Assembly: GCA_000320545.1 (NCBI GenBank)
Contig: ADNK01000870.1
Span: forward strand, 62,001 to 126,000
DNA from: Bigelowiella natans CCMP2755
Taxonomy: Eukaryota > Protista > Cercozoa
Reading direction: 5' to 3'
DNA length: 64,000 bases
The notes beneath the pieces were generated by a model. The model made no database searches. It was not told the origin of the DNA and was given only the letters and a program-made list of their open reading frames with translations. How positions within the stretch are numbered: position 1 is the first letter of the stretch; every line of letters begins with the position of its first letter. Positions 13,900 through 28,170 of the stretch are shown here, in pieces. Position numbers and translations under genes: made by a program.

Positions 13900-14099
13900 A
13901 TTTTACATGTCTGTATTTTTGTGTGCGGTTGGTTATCATGAAACTAGACATCCCAGTCTGGTCGTCGCGTATACCAAATTCATTTTGCAGCATCTGATGC
14001 GCGGTAGCACGTAATTAGACGCTACACTATTGATATGCGGATTAAGTTACTCATTAGTTATGACAATTTATTGGTGTCGTATAGGAACTGAGGGGTCTG

Positions 14100-14620
14100 T
14101 GCCATTTAGCACAGCAGCGCTGAGCCAATATATGTAAACGCTTGCAATTGTCTAGCTAGATCTACTATAGAGCATGGCTGCACATACGAGACGGGTGTAA
14201 TGGAGTGATTAAGTCTTTTCAGTGGTGATTCTTATGTAGCTATGCAATACTGTGACTACAACGCTAAATATATATATACTGCTACATCGGCCGCGGTGCC
14301 GATTCTGAATTATTGGAAGCGGACTAGCGGATGCCGACGCACATCGCATCGCAGGCCGTATGCTAGCACACACGACGTGCATCGCATATTTTGTTGATTG
14401 TCGTCATTTCGCGCTGATCAGTCTTGAACGAATTGTATATGCTAATTGTTACTGTGATCAATTTGCGATGACGATGCTTGACTTGCTATTGCCACCTGCG
14501 ATCACATGCAGTAGCACACAATGCATCTGTGCTACACTGGTACAGCTTGTACGCACATTACATGGACTGTGGTGTGCGGTTCGTCACAAAATAAATATGC
14601 TCCAAAAATTGTGCGACACA
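14100..14620. other. TpA-reduced intergenic island (weaker)
   Basis: catg/tgca/ctag-rich stretch between convergent genes. Confidence 0.55.
14187..14246 (-). repeat. Dispersed repeat copy (reverse orientation)
   Basis: cgagacgggtgtaatggagtgattaagtcttttcagtggtgattcttatgtagctatgca is reverse-complement-like to the 4291-4346 copy. Confidence 0.7.
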
Positions 14621-14759
14621 TGAAGCTAAAGGCAATTACTAAATCTCGAATTCCTCTCTTTTGTATGCCTAATCTAGCATCTCAGAATATTGGTACTGCA
14701 CCAACTTTTGGTTACAATGTACCATCCAAGCGTCTTGTGAGCTTATATCGATAACAAAT

Positions 14760-15598
14760 TTACCTCTCTCGCGTCATCTCAATTCCAACGTAATCCAGAA
14801 TTCCAGGAATACACACCTTCATACGGAGAGAAATGCGTCGTTCTAGAAGGATGGTCGAAGTTCAAATGTATCTCACCTGAGGCTTTTTGACTTGAATTCG
14901 AACTTTCGAGATACGTTCATCAAGAGTGAGGATTCTGTCAGAGATATCACCTCCTAGTGCTTCTATCATCTCAAACCTAAATTAATTTTCTCATTCTTGT
15001 CAAATTTGGGGTTTTGGGGCTGCGTGTGCTAGTGAGTAACTACCTCTTGGTTTCTACGCTATCTTTCGTCAATTCCCAAATCTGAATATGAACTTCTCAG
15101 TTTTTCATAATTTATTACGAAAATATTGCTACCGTTACATAATTTACTGTATCCTTCAGCAGATCAGATTTTTGTGCCGTCTCAAGACTAAAAATTTATC
15201 TTTCTGAGGAGTCATGTTAATTCATCGTATGATGAGGAACCATCTTGTACCTTGTCCAAACATCGACGTTTACCAGAAACTTTTGTCCAAGCTCTTGTTC
15301 TGCAGGCAAATCTCCGTGGAAGCTATACAGTAAAATGTCGTTATATTTATTAAGATACACATCTGATTACTGCACTACCCATAAAATTGCATCCCGTGCA
15401 CCATAAGTCTGTCATCCTGGATAAGCGAAGCAAGGTTGACATCCCGGAAATGTTCTCAACTTCAGTCATCTTTGACAAAGTTATTTTATAAGAAATTGCC
15501 TTTGTTGTTGAGAAAGAAAGGAATCGTGATCTTCGCAAATATGAAGGTGACTTTGCATACGCCTTGGGCCTGGTTGTAGCAAATGCTCTTCTCCACAT
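14760..15598 (-). CDS. folB: Dihydroneopterin aldolase with mitochondrial-type presequence
   Basis: Spliced exons DDRLMVHGMQFYG|FHGDLPAEQELGQKFLVNVDV...DLLKDTVNY...MIEALG...VKKPQ|VCIPGILDYVGIEMTR match FolB motifs. Confidence 0.88.
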
Positions 15599-16111
15599 CC
15601 TAATGGGCGTTTTTATTTACTCAATCGTTTAAAATTATCGACTGCTCCAATTCAACAAATGGTCATATCACTGGGCATATGGATTGTATTTCATTCAAAG
15701 GATACCGTTCCTTCTCCTGTGCTGCTTGTTCGAGCGATCGATTGTGGGGTTAGTGGGGTGTCCCCGTCGTCGGAGGTGAGAAGACGCAGGGCGGTGATTT
15801 TACAGGGAATATGGTATCATCATTTTGTCGCAATGAGATAATTGCAGTCCATTTTAAATGCCTAGTCCAGCTACCGCCACAATGTCTCCAAGTCTCTGTC
15901 GTTACCACTGGAATCAATGGGAAACCAGGCAAATACAACGCGCTCAATCGCAGAATCTTCCGAACGCGATAACATTATTTGCACTCAAGCGACTTGAATA
16001 TTAGGATGTCGCATATACGTAATATGTTGTATTTCTGTTGCGTTTTGGATTCATTTGCGAAGATATTTCTGTGATTGGGTCGCACAATTCGATCACAAAC
16101 TTCGTTCTACC

Positions 16112-19100
16112 ATGGATGCAAAGGAATTGAAAGGCGTGGATGAGAGCTTGTGAGTAGCATACATCTTTGGAGATTGAACATGGATATTTATAAGTAGTTG
16201 TATTCAGATACTCTCGGCAACTGTACGTTTACGGTGCTGATGCACAACGACGAATGCAGCAAACAAATGTGCTTCTGGTAAGAAAGAACACCCCGGATTT
16301 CAGGACTCAAATGACAGCAAACTATCTTTTAGGTGGGCCTTCAAGGATTGGGAGTCGAAATTGCAAAAAATATCATTCTATCTGGTGTGAAATCTGTCGG
16401 AATCCTCGATCAAGAACCAGTTCAGGTGTGAAATGTATAATGCTCGTCGCATCAATTTTAAAGGTCGTGATTACTTCTTTCGTTGCCAGATTTCAGATCT
16501 CGGGTCCCAATTTTACTTGAAAGAGAGCGATGTCGGAAAACCCCGTGCAGAGTGTGCGATTGGACAACTCACAGAGCTAAACAAATATGTCAACGTGCAC
16601 CACATTCCTGTGAAGTCAGGATGCCTCATGCCGTACTTGGATGAAAGCGTTCTCAAAAACTACAATCTGGTTGTGCTGACTGGGAAAACAGTTAACGAAC
16701 AGATTCACGTGAATAAGTTGTGCCGCAAGCTAGGTATTATGTTTATTGCGGCTGATGTACATGGTCTTCTCGGATCTGTGTTCATAGATCTAATTGAACT
16801 CACGGTGAAAGATACAAATGGGGAGAGAGAGAAACGTGGCCTAATATCTTCGATTTCCAACGATGAGAAAGCGATAGTAACGACACTGGACAAGAAAAGA
16901 CACGATCTCAACAGTGGTGACTTCGTTGTATTCACTGAAGTGAAAGGAATGAAAGAAATCAACAAGGGTGAACCTGTCAAGATCAAATATAAAGCCAGCA
17001 ATCAATTCGAAATTGACCTTGACACATCAAAGTTCAGCAAATATACCACAGATGGATACTTTGAACAAGTAAAAATGCCAACTACATTCAAGTTTGACAC
17101 TCTTGGTGACCAAGTCAAAAGACCCACGTTCCAATTTTATGATGGATTTGAAATGGAGTGTCATTGTCTGCGAAATGCAATCTCCGCTTTTCAGCTTAAG
17201 AATGGTCGTATGGCTGACCCAACCAAGCAAGAAGACGTCGATTCTCTTATTAAATTTGCAACTGATTTCGCTTCCAGGGTTGAGGTTTCAGTTGGCGAAG
17301 AATGGAAGGCAGGATACGAGATTGATAAGAAAAAAGTAGAGAAACTTCAAAGACTTGCAATTGGTTCAAGAGCACAAATTACACCCATGACTGCCACGTT
17401 GGGAGGCATTGTCGGCCAGGAAATCATCAAAGCCTGTATGGCAAAATTCACTCCTATAAAACAATTCTTTTATTTTCATGCCCTCGAAGCTCTGCCTGAG
17501 GATGCAAAGCCTGGACCACAGTATGCAGCTAAAAAATCCAGATACGATGACTATTACGCAGTTTTTGGAGAAGGGGTACAAGCAAAGATTTTCGATTTGA
17601 ACATGTTTCTGATTGGATCTGGAGCTATTGGTTGTGAAATGCTTAAAAATTGGGCAATGATGGGGCTTGCCTGTGGTGAGAAAGGGCAAATTACAATCAC
17701 CGATATGGACACGATTGAAAAATCCAATCTAAGCCGACAATTTTTATTTCGACCTAAAGATATTGGACACATGAAAGCTAAAGTAGCAACTGCTGCGGCA
17801 AAAGTCATGAACCCCAAGCTAAACATCCACACAGATGCAATCAGAGTGGGAACCGACACTGAGAATGTGTACGATGCGGCATTTTGGAGCAAACTTGATG
17901 GTGCTACGACTGCTCTAGATAATGTGAAAGCTCGTTTGTACATTGATCAGCGATGCGTCGAATTTTCGAAACCTATGGTAGATTCTGGAACATTAGGTAC
18001 TAAAGGAAACACACAAGTTGTAGTACCTTACTTGACTGAACCATATGGCGAGGGTGCCAGTGATCAGCCTGAACAAGGTATACCTGTATGTACGCTCAAG
18101 TCATTCCCACATAAGATCGAACATACGATCCAGTGGGCAAGAGATAAATTTGAAGGTTGGTTTTCCAATGGTCCAAGTGAGGTTAAAAGTTACATCAAGG
18201 ATGAGAACTATCTCGAAGAACTTGCATCATCTCCAAATGAGCAACTTGGGAACCTTTCAATACTTAACGAACTCCTTGTGGAGTACAAACCCAAGAATTT
18301 TGACGACTGCGTTAAATGGGCAAGACTTAAGTACGAAACTCTTTACCATAACGACATCGTGCAGCTATTGACAGTTTACCCTGAAAATAAAACTGACGCA
18401 AAGGGTGTTCCGTTCTGGTCGGGAACAAAACGAAGACCATCTCCACTCAAGTTCGATGCTGACAAGGACACCGACTATGAATTCATCGTTGCTGCATCCA
18501 ATATGTTCGCTTCGGTGTTTGGAATTGAAAAGTGTACAGATAAGAAGGCCATTCAGAAAGCTCTATCTTCCGTTCAATTACCTAAATTTGTGCCTGATGA
18601 GTCAATGAAAATCGCTGCGACCGAAGAGGAGGCTGCGGAAGAGAAGAAGGGAAAAAAGGAAGAAAAGGAAGAATCCAATGAAGGAGTTGTCGAGCAGATT
18701 AATAAGTTGACTGCTTCACTTCCTCCTCCATCTTCAATAAAGGACTTAGATATCAACCCAGCTAAATTTGAAAAAGATGATCCTACCAATTTCCATATCG
18801 ACTTTATAACAGCATGTTCAAACCTCCGGGCCATGAATTATAGAATCAAGATGGAGTCCAAGCATCAAACCAAATTTATCGCTGGAAAGATTATACCTGC
18901 AATAGCAACGACCACCGCTATGGTCACCGGCATGGTTTGTATGGAATGGTACAAAATCATACAGGAATTCAAGCTTGAGGCTTACCGAAATAGCTATGCC
19001 AATCTTGCTCTTCCAATGGTAACGGCATCTGAACCTTTTTTTCCTTTGAAGAAGGAGGTCAAACTCTTTGGCGAGAAGAAGGGAGAGAAACTATCCTTTA

Positions 19101-19429
19101 GTTCATGGGATGTCATTGAGATAAAAATTGGAAATGAGATGATGAAAACCTTCCTCCGTCACTTCACCAAAACCTATGGATATAAGGTTGCTGGATTAGC
19201 CTATGGCTCGTTTAGCCTTTACCAATCCATGCAAAAGGGAGAAAAATGGATGAAGAAACGCTTGAAAATGCCCCTGGGAGATGTTGTTCAAGAGATAAGC
19301 GGCCAACCATTGCCAAAAACAGATTATCTCAAGTTGAATCTAATTTGTCACAACCCAGAAGAGAACGAGGATACACCAATGGACGAGAGAGTGGTTGAAT
19401 TCCCGCCTGTTAGGTTTTACTACAAGTAA
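16112..19429 (+). CDS. UBA1: Ubiquitin-activating enzyme E1
   Basis: Three short 5' introns give [22 protein letters not shown]; [11 protein letters not shown] motif; SNLSRQFLF; catalytic PVCTLKSFP; [10 protein letters not shown]. Confidence 0.97.
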
Positions 19430-19789
19430 AATTTCAAGGGGAAGCATTCAAATAATAACTGGAAGTAATCACGCAAGTTTTCCGTTCTTCCTTTCCATGA
19501 TTAGCTCATGGAGACTTGCATCATCAGTCAGAATTCTAGGATAAGATATGTAGAAGTTCTAGTGTATGCTCTAGTAGGTGTGATGACGTCAAAGTTGGCA
19601 CCCACCCATCATAGAATCTTTTGTGACAATTTGCAGATGAAGATGAAACCAGCACTAAACACTTCTGTCTCTTGCTTGCGATGCGGTGCATTTGCCAATT
19701 GCAGCGTATTCATCGTGCTATTCAATTGGTAAATTACACCATGATTGTAGACAACGTAATCATCATGAGCCTATTGCCGAGCTAACAAA

Positions 19790-20180
19790 CAACTCGCAGA
19801 GCTCGACCCTTCTAGCGCACATGCGCACGCACGCTAGCTACGTACGTGCATCATCTCTATAGCTAAATAGATCTATGTGCATCCGACGTGCATTAGATCG
19901 ATTGAATTGCTTCGCTGACACATGCTAGCAGACATGTGCACGTACTAGCACACACATGGTACGGTTTGTGTGTGTGTGTGTGCCTGTGCCTTGTGCTTGT
20001 CGCATTCAAATATGTGCACATTGCCTAGTGCTATGTCGCGTGGGAAAAATCACGGCATGCCTAGATGCGCTATGTCCCCTATATAGTCTCGTAGTACCCA
20101 TCTAGCCATCGATCGATACATGATGCGTAATTTGACACGCGCTGTCTAGCTCTAGAGCTATCTAGCTGTAGCTGCAGCTA
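19790..20180. other. TpA-reduced intergenic island
   Basis: ctag/catg/gcac-rich stretch between convergent UBA1 and J-CUE genes. Confidence 0.65.
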
Positions 20181-20232
20181 CATCAGGATGATGATTAAAA
20201 ATATATTTAATCATTTCATTACATTCGTCTCA
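20176..20232 (+). repeat. Dispersed repeat copy
   Basis: agctacatcaggatgatgattaaaaatatatttaatcatttcattacattcgtctca. Confidence 0.8.
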
Positions 20233-20416
20233 TGACACGAGTTGAATTCGCAATTACCGACGAGTGTTTAAATCTTGCATGAATCATCGGGAACGCAACT
20301 AGTCGAATAAAATTTCACATCCATTAAATTCTACATAAACTCCTCATTGGTTCCCGCTATAATTCAACTGATATTCCCAGATATTTGCCGCGTATTTTAC
20401 TGCATCAGTTGATTAA

Positions 20417-20460
<44 letters not shown>

Positions 20461-20468
20461 TACATGCT

Positions 20469-20824
20469 TCATCGTACGTTTCTATTGATCTTGCTTGGCT
20501 CTTGTTTGGCTTCTTGCATGGCAATGCATGCGTCCACGGCTCGTTTGATTTCACACTGTTTTATAGAACATGTCACATCAATTTTAGCCCACCAACTTTC
20601 ATACTAAAAAACCAATAAAGAAATTGTATACTCCATACATTTTTTAAGATTTACAACAAAAATTTCAATTTCTCAGAATAACAACCCGGTTCCATAAAAG
20701 TATTTCGTACAAGACATCCTCCTCGAAATCTGATAACATCATAGAATGTTTCCAGAAGCGTGGAGAGCGCAAGAATATTTCTCAGAGTCTATCCATCAGA
20801 TTGCCTACTCTCTCATAAGCTCCT

Positions 20825-20866
<42 letters not shown>

Positions 20867-21277
20867 CTACCTGGAAATATATTTTTCAATTGCTCGAGCT
20901 TTTCCCACATCATATTGTCGTCAGCAGGAGTAGGAGCATCAGGAGGACCAGGATCAGAACGAGTAGGAGAAGGAGCTCTTACTGCTTGCTTCAGCTCCGC
21001 ACTACCGGGTGCAATACCCCCACCTTCCTGCAGAGTTTGGTAAAAAACAACATTCCACACACAAATTTAGTCGTCAATATCAATATCCACGTGATCACCA
21101 CCATGCTCAGTCAGTATGATCATGGGTACCATGAGCAGCGAGTCATTGCAACTGGGATACACAGGAAAAACCAAGTGTACACTACTACTACTACTACGAT
21201 ATTTAAAATGAGACGGTATTATCCACATCTATCTTACTCCTTTTCATGCTCCCTATTTTTTAACATTAGCTGTCGTG

Positions 21278-21310
<33 letters not shown>

Positions 21311-21642
21311 CAACACCCAGGTAGCAGTAGCACCTGCATCATCTCCAACAGAACTTCGCACGATTTCTGTACATCAGATCTAATATTGACAGCATTAGAA
21401 TGATTATCAATGTAACATGATGAATCATGAGAATGGATACTGTGAAAATGACGATAATGATGGGGATTATGAGAATAATTGTGATGGTTGGAAAATCATG
21501 CTATTGGTATTCATCCAATAAGCAATACGAACACACGGCTGCTGCTGCTGCTGCTGCTGCACACAGGTGTAGTATCAGAAATAGGGACACGTAGGCGCTC
21601 ACGACACAATAACCAACATTAAATCCCAAACGCGCTTTCCCA

Positions 21643-21698
<56 letters not shown>

Positions 21699-23832
21699 TA
21701 CATCAGTGATTTCATCACACAGCTACAACTATTACTTGCAGTTCCCAACAATATCTCGTATCAAGTCCCGATCCATGTTTGGAAACATCTCTACCAATTG
21801 AGATACCTAACAAAAGAGGAGGAGGAGGCGGAGAAAAAGGAACATAAGAGAAACGACCCAGTGAAGATGAAGTCGTCACCTAATTCCAAGCCAACAATGA
21901 TGATCTCAATAACTTTCATAAAAAAAGAAGCACAGGTGTCTTTCAAAGACGACAGCAACAGGCAGCACCCTCAAACTCCCTTGGCTGTCTTCCATTCGTA
22001 ACTACTAATACTACCTTCTGTTCAAAATCTGCCTGTGCGGTGGTATCTTCTAACATAAAGGAGGAGGAGGCTGCAGGATCATAGTTATTATTGTATTGAT
22101 CATCGTCTGAGCTGTACTCATCTTCAACATCATGCTGCATTCCAGCAGTAGTAGTAGTAGTACCAGGGCCAGCACTGCTCCCGTGCGGGTGGTGCGAGGA
22201 TGGTCTCATTACTTCACTTCGAGGAAGGAAATGGATCCTCCTTTACAAACAAACAAACAAACATCAACGACAACAGTCAATTTACTACTTTTAGATGTAC
22301 GAATCCATCATCCATATGATTGTTGTCCACGCAGAAGTGAATGTTCAATCCACTATTCTCCAACATCTTGCCGACTATTCATGTCATCCTCTTTTCTTAC
22401 TCCTTCTCACTACTCTTAAAAATTATGAATTGATAGGAGGCTGTGGAGTCACCATCATCATCATCACCATCATCATCACCATCACCATCATCATCATCAT
22501 TGTCGTCATCGCTTTATGATACTGCCTCCCTGTTACTTATCTCCCTCCCTGCCTTCTGGCCTGTTTCTAAATACATTCTACACTAATTCTTCTTTTGTTT
22601 AGAAGGACCCGTTTCGATACACAACTGCGACTCCACGAGAAGTGAACCCTACGAATAGAACAAATAAAACGATGCAAAGAAATGGAAATCAATCGAACAC
22701 AACTCAATATACCGCTCTTGGATTAGATAAATATGAAGACCATGAACATCTTGTGTAAGACAACGAAACATGACAAAATAATAAATACAATGCAAACCTT
22801 GACCGAACGTCGATCTAAACAAAGTAAATGGGTCAAAATGGCCAGAGTTGCCCATTGTCCCCATCATTTCATCTTCGCCATCATCGTCTTCACTATCCGT
22901 GAGATGGAAGAAGTATCGTTGGTACAGAGAGTCTAAGGAAGAAGAAGAAGAAGAAGAAGAAGAAGAAGAATAAGAGCATTGAGGAATATCACTACTTTGT
23001 ATGTGCATTGAATCAACACCCCAGTACTGTGTATTCCATCGGGCTGGACATATTTCTTTCTACAATTTCTACACAATAATTGATGACTACTACTTTGTAC
23101 TACTCAACCTCGAGATGATTGCTGTTGCTCTTGCTGTCGTCGGCCACGACCATCATAAGCTACACGTTTTTCTGGGTTGGAGAGAATCTGATATCATTTT
23201 TTTCATTTGCAATTCAGAGGATAGTAAAATCGCAAGTCAGGTGTCAAGCGACGATCGATTTTCAAATATGGTGAATTAGCTCTATTATACATGGTAGGCC
23301 TTTCCAAAGATCTTGAACTTATCATTACATTCTCTCCACCTTGATCCTGGTTCAGATGGTAGGGGTAGTGAGAGGGGTTGAAGATGTCTTAGAGGATGAA
23401 CCCATTATGATTAAAAAGGAAGTGAAAATTTTTGGAAAAATCGTCAACTCATAGCACCATAGCAATAATGTTTCGAAACGATAAAAGTGGAGAGGAAAGA
23501 ATGCGTTTTGTGTTGTAATCAGGAAATCAATCCAGTATATACTGGTATCAATAATAACAGTAGGAAGTACGAAAATTGTGTTGAACTTGTTAGTTCTCTG
23601 TTGAATACTTGGGTTTTTATCCGGGTGCCACTTCAATGATAGCTTTCTATACGCTTTTGTGATTTCTTCTGTGCTTGCATTTTGATTTACGCCAAGAATC
23701 TCATATAAATTCTAGTTTGATGTAAAACTTCTTATCATTTAAAAAACAATAGCACAACAAAAGTGTGATTGAAATTCTGATATGCAAGACCTCATTTGTT
23801 GTTTCCATCGAAGCGGAGATGGAGTTTGACAT
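20469..23832 (-). CDS. J-domain protein with two CUE-like ubiquitin-binding domains
   Basis: [34 protein letters not shown]...[11 protein letters not shown]|[12 protein letters not shown]; CUE-like [20 protein letters not shown]...SCEVLLEM and LEQLKNIFP|[12 protein letters not shown]|[13 protein letters not shown]; 3' end approximate. Confidence 0.75.
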
Positions 23833-24369
23833 GCTCTCGTTTCGGAAGATGATTGTGAGGAAAGCAGAAGAAACTATGATGCCAAGACAGGATGATACCA
23901 ATGTAAAATGTTCTACGTATTCAAATGATAAGAAAAACTCAGATGGATTTATTGCACAGATCATCAAAGTTGAATGCTCATTTCTTGTTTTACCGGTCAA
24001 TTTTCTTCGGGAATTCCTACGCGGAACCATCGCCAACCAAACAAACAACTTCAAGTGGGTGAGGATAGTAGTCTCTGACACATTGCAACACAAGTTCACT
24101 AGTAGTAGTCGGTTAATGCTTGTGCATGTGCGCAACGTCGTCCCCGCCCAATAGATCAGTCATTCTTCCGAGTGGTGGTCTCTCCTACAATTATCCATCC
24201 GTTCTGATCTCACACCATCATCATTAAGCTCATATTAACAAGTGAATCCGGTCCAGTCGACAAGTCTTTCTGCAAAAACCGCATCTATATCATGTACCAT
24301 GGAGGAATCCCTGTCAATGACCGGTGCGATTCGGAGATGGGTTCGCCGCCGAAGCCGAAGAGTGAACAG

Positions 24370-25760
24370 CTTCAGTGCACTTTGTCAGTTGGATGATGTC
24401 GAATGAGCACGAATGTCAAATCTTGCAAGTTGGATTTGATTGTCCTTCGCAGGGGCTTCGCACCCTTACAAGCTAGCAAGGTGGACGCTGCTACATGCAA
24501 GTGAACGTTGAAGTTTTTGAGGCCACTTTTCGAGTGCGCCCGTGCAGACGCGTGATGTGAAGTGCACACGTTGTTGTTGCTGCAAAGGCACAATGCACAG
24601 CAGTGTGTCCAAAAGTGCTGCGCGTGATGTCGTGCGTGCACACAGTTGTCGCCCATCCAACCAAGTGCCGCATAGCCGTGCAGCTGGCGTGTGGTTTCTT
24701 TTCTTGGTGACCTGCTGGCCAGCTAGCCAGGCTAGCAGGTCATTGATCGGAGGCGAGGACATGCCAGCGTGGATGAATCAGCACGTCCCATCGCTGAATT
24801 GCAAAACAATTGTGTAGCACCCATGATCCTTTCAATTGCTTTATAGCTTCAATGAAACACTCAATTTTTTCTCTCTGTCTTTCTTTGGCACGTGCGTTCC
24901 AACAATGCAATGATCTTCAGGGCGGATCGACAAGCCAATCGCATCAGCCAGCGAAGATGTCCTTTCAGTTCAACCGCTCCATTGGAATGAATCTACTCAT
25001 TTGTGTTCACCGGTGGGATTTGTCCTTGCTTGAGAGCTTCTTCACGAGGTGCGCTGAATTCATTCTGAAAGCATCATTGTCAAAACAAACGCTCTGGGCT
25101 AGGTCTGCAATTCATCCCTGATTGGTCCGGCGCAGCTGTCGTGGCAGCCAGCGTGCACCATGGTGGTCAATGAAACGAGACAGGTTGAAGGACAGACAAA
25201 ACAAACTCTCATTTGTGCGGTCTGGACAACTAGACAATCGAATGAAGTTCGAAAATTCCATGTGAATGGCGTGATCGACCGCACGTGCCGGCCACGTCTC
25301 GCTCATCTAGTCATACTAGCGCTTCAGAGCAGATGGAATTCTGTGTGACCACCAGCTCTAGAGCTATCTGCAAAGAGCAGACGTGCCTGTTCTATAGTGT
25401 CTACTTGTGGCCGACAAAACATTTGTTCTGACGACAACTGTTCACTGCTTACATCGAGCGCATGAGCGATTCAAACATTTGAAATTTGACACGATGTGAT
25501 CGATGCGTATTGACGTGGCGCGGTCCGTTGCGGGCGCGTTGCCTTGCATCGTTTCTTCGATGCTCCAATGTCCAAATGTGGCACATGTTGGCGATGTTCT
25601 CAATAACAATGATGCATGCTTCCCAATGCATAGTGACTCACAGACACATTCGTGTTTGGAACATTACAGATGGGAAGTGGCACAAGAGCTCATTCGTTGA
25701 TGATAAATGTTCGCTTTCTTCGCCAATGCATGCATTGATTCTTTTGATTAGGTCTTGAAT
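24370..25760. other. TpA-depleted island, possibly decayed gene or element sequence
   Basis: TA is rare outside CTAG; no intact gene recognised. Confidence 0.7.
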
Positions 25761-26649
25761 TCGTTTTCATCGTAATACGAATGCATGTAATCTGGATTTA
25801 TTCTTGTCCTTGCCCTATTTCCAGACTATCAATACATAACATACACATTATCATAATCTAGATTATTGACACTGTGACACTTCGTACCTTGTATATCACT
25901 CCAGGCTGGGCGTAATACATTCTTGGGTAGGGATTTCCGTAATGTTCAGCCAATTCGATTCTACATACATGCCAAATGGAGACAATATTTATATCATGGG
26001 TGAGAATACCATCGTTTCAAAGTAAAACTACTCATATCTGCAACTAGCACCTTGATTCCCCTTCTGTTATCTTTTCAGCTATCAGATGTTGATCGGTGAT
26101 GTCTCGGTTCTTTCGGAATAGTTTCCCTGCCTAATCAAACTCAATGTGAAAGGATTCTCTGTACAAAAAATTTAGAAAATACGCACCTCTTCAACTATGT
26201 ACTTGCTTTCTTCAATGCAGCCCTTGGATTTCCCTTATAATTTCAGAAAATTACATTAGCGGTATAGTTTCACATATTAATTTATTGTACTTATATTCAT
26301 GTATATTTCTTGCATATCTAATATGTGTGAAAATTTTACATGTTCGTGCCCTTTTCATGATGTCTCTGTAAAGGGAAAGAACACGGGATCGTGTTGTTGC
26401 CATGTCCCCGCAAACTGTTAATGTCTCGACTGCGCTTTAGGTTGTGAAAAGGATATTAATTGCAGCGTGAATGTCTCCTCAAGGGACTGTTATTCAATGG
26501 TTAGGATGACACGTGTTGGCCGTTGCTGTTTTATGGGTAGGTGTTGGACTGTCACGTGTCCATCAGGGGTGGGCAAGATGTGCAAGATGTGGTGGTGGGT
26601 GGTGGTGATTAATAGAGTGTTACGGACATCCAAATAATCATCCAGGCGG

Positions 26650-28140
26650 TTTTGGTGCAACGACAACAAAAACTAACAAACAACAACAAACCATTCCTAG
26701 GAGATCCCGACTGCAAAATCCCTTCTTTTTCGGCGTGTGTCCCCGCTGGTTTGCTAGTCTGTCGGTCCTCGCTGAAGCTGTCCAGTTCGAGAGCACTGCA
26801 TTTCGCACGTTGCAAGTGTCTTGTCACACTTTGTGTAATGTGATTTTTCATCATTGTTCTCATTGTTCCGCATTTTGGAAATGCAGTTTGTCAACAATCC
26901 TTGTTCATTGTTCATTGTCCGCGTGTCCCATTTCAACTCATTTGGAAATGTGATTGTTCAACAAAGTTCCTTTCTTTCTTTCTTTCTTTCAACTGCTCTC
27001 TACATCCAATGGAAATCTTTCTTTCTTCTTGATCCTTTGAACCACTCTGACGAAACACTTCTTTCTTTCTTCCTCACTTTCTTTCTTGTTGTCTTTTTGA
27101 GTCACGTGAAACAAGCTAGCAAGCCTTCTTTCTTTTTCCCCTGCGTTGGAACGTCAAACGAACAAGAACCTTGAACTTTGAACTTTTGCTTGAACTTCGC
27201 TTGAAGCGCGTGTAATCGTGTCAGCAGTGCCAGTGGCATGTCGCTTTTGGAATGTCGAACAGACATGAATCTTGAACTTTGCAACGTGCATCGACCGCCG
27301 CCATGTTGCGGACCTTGAACCTTGAACACGAACCTTTCGGTTCGATCGGGTGCACACGTGCTGGTGTGGCACGCAAATCACGACCTAGCGATGCACGTGT
27401 GCTGCAAGGGATGCCAAGTGTGAGGCAATGTCATGGACACAGCCAGACAGTGACACGCACACACGTGCAATGTGTGTGGTGTCACGTGTCTTTCGTCAAT
27501 GCTAAAACATGAATGCCACGACATGCAACTGTTTGTGCACAACTCTAGAACTGTCCAGCTAGCCCCACTAGCTAGCTGTCTAGTCTGGAGCTCTGCCTTG
27601 CAAGTCCAGAAGTCCAGATGTGCACGTCTGGATACGATCGACTGTTCACAAGACGTGCTAACGTGGCATGCCAGCCAGTGCCAGAGTGGTGCAGCTAGCA
27701 AGGTGCTGCGACACAACGCACGATCGAGTGAGCTCACGACGATGCACGGCTAGACTGGGGCAATGACTAGCTTTAACTGTTGCTCTCACTAGCTCACCTT
27801 CATGCGTTGCACGTGCAAAAGCAGAAAAAATGCATGACTGTGCAAGCCAGCAAGACCAACATTGTTGCAGTCACATCTAGACATCGATCAGGACACCGTG
27901 CTCGCCAAAATCATTGCATGCTGTCTGCACTGCTGCCATGCACGTAGATGCACAATGCGACGCGATGCATTTGCAAGTCTTGCTAGCATCAAAAGTCAAA
28001 TGTGCATCACATCCTTTCTGCATGAGTTCCGATTGCACATGTCTGGACAACGTGCAAGATTTTGAAGGGAACCGAATGTGCAGAGTTGCTCATGTTGTAG
28101 GCACTGTTCCCATGCAATGTGCACGACAAAATTGAACACA
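26650..28140. other. TpA-depleted island
   Basis: In 27361-27780 I count 13 TA dinucleotides, 9 of them in CTAG. Confidence 0.8.
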
Positions 28141-28170
28141 ATGTAGCAATTTTCTATTTTTTCCCTCGCA

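Noticed and set aside
23701-24154. Opposing 144-aa and 129-aa ORFs
   Set aside because: They overlap the first exon and upstream region of the J-CUE gene; no independent support.
26650-28140. Islands as simple CpG-methylation decay or fungal-type RIP
   Set aside because: CpG remains frequent, and RIP would raise TpA rather than remove it.
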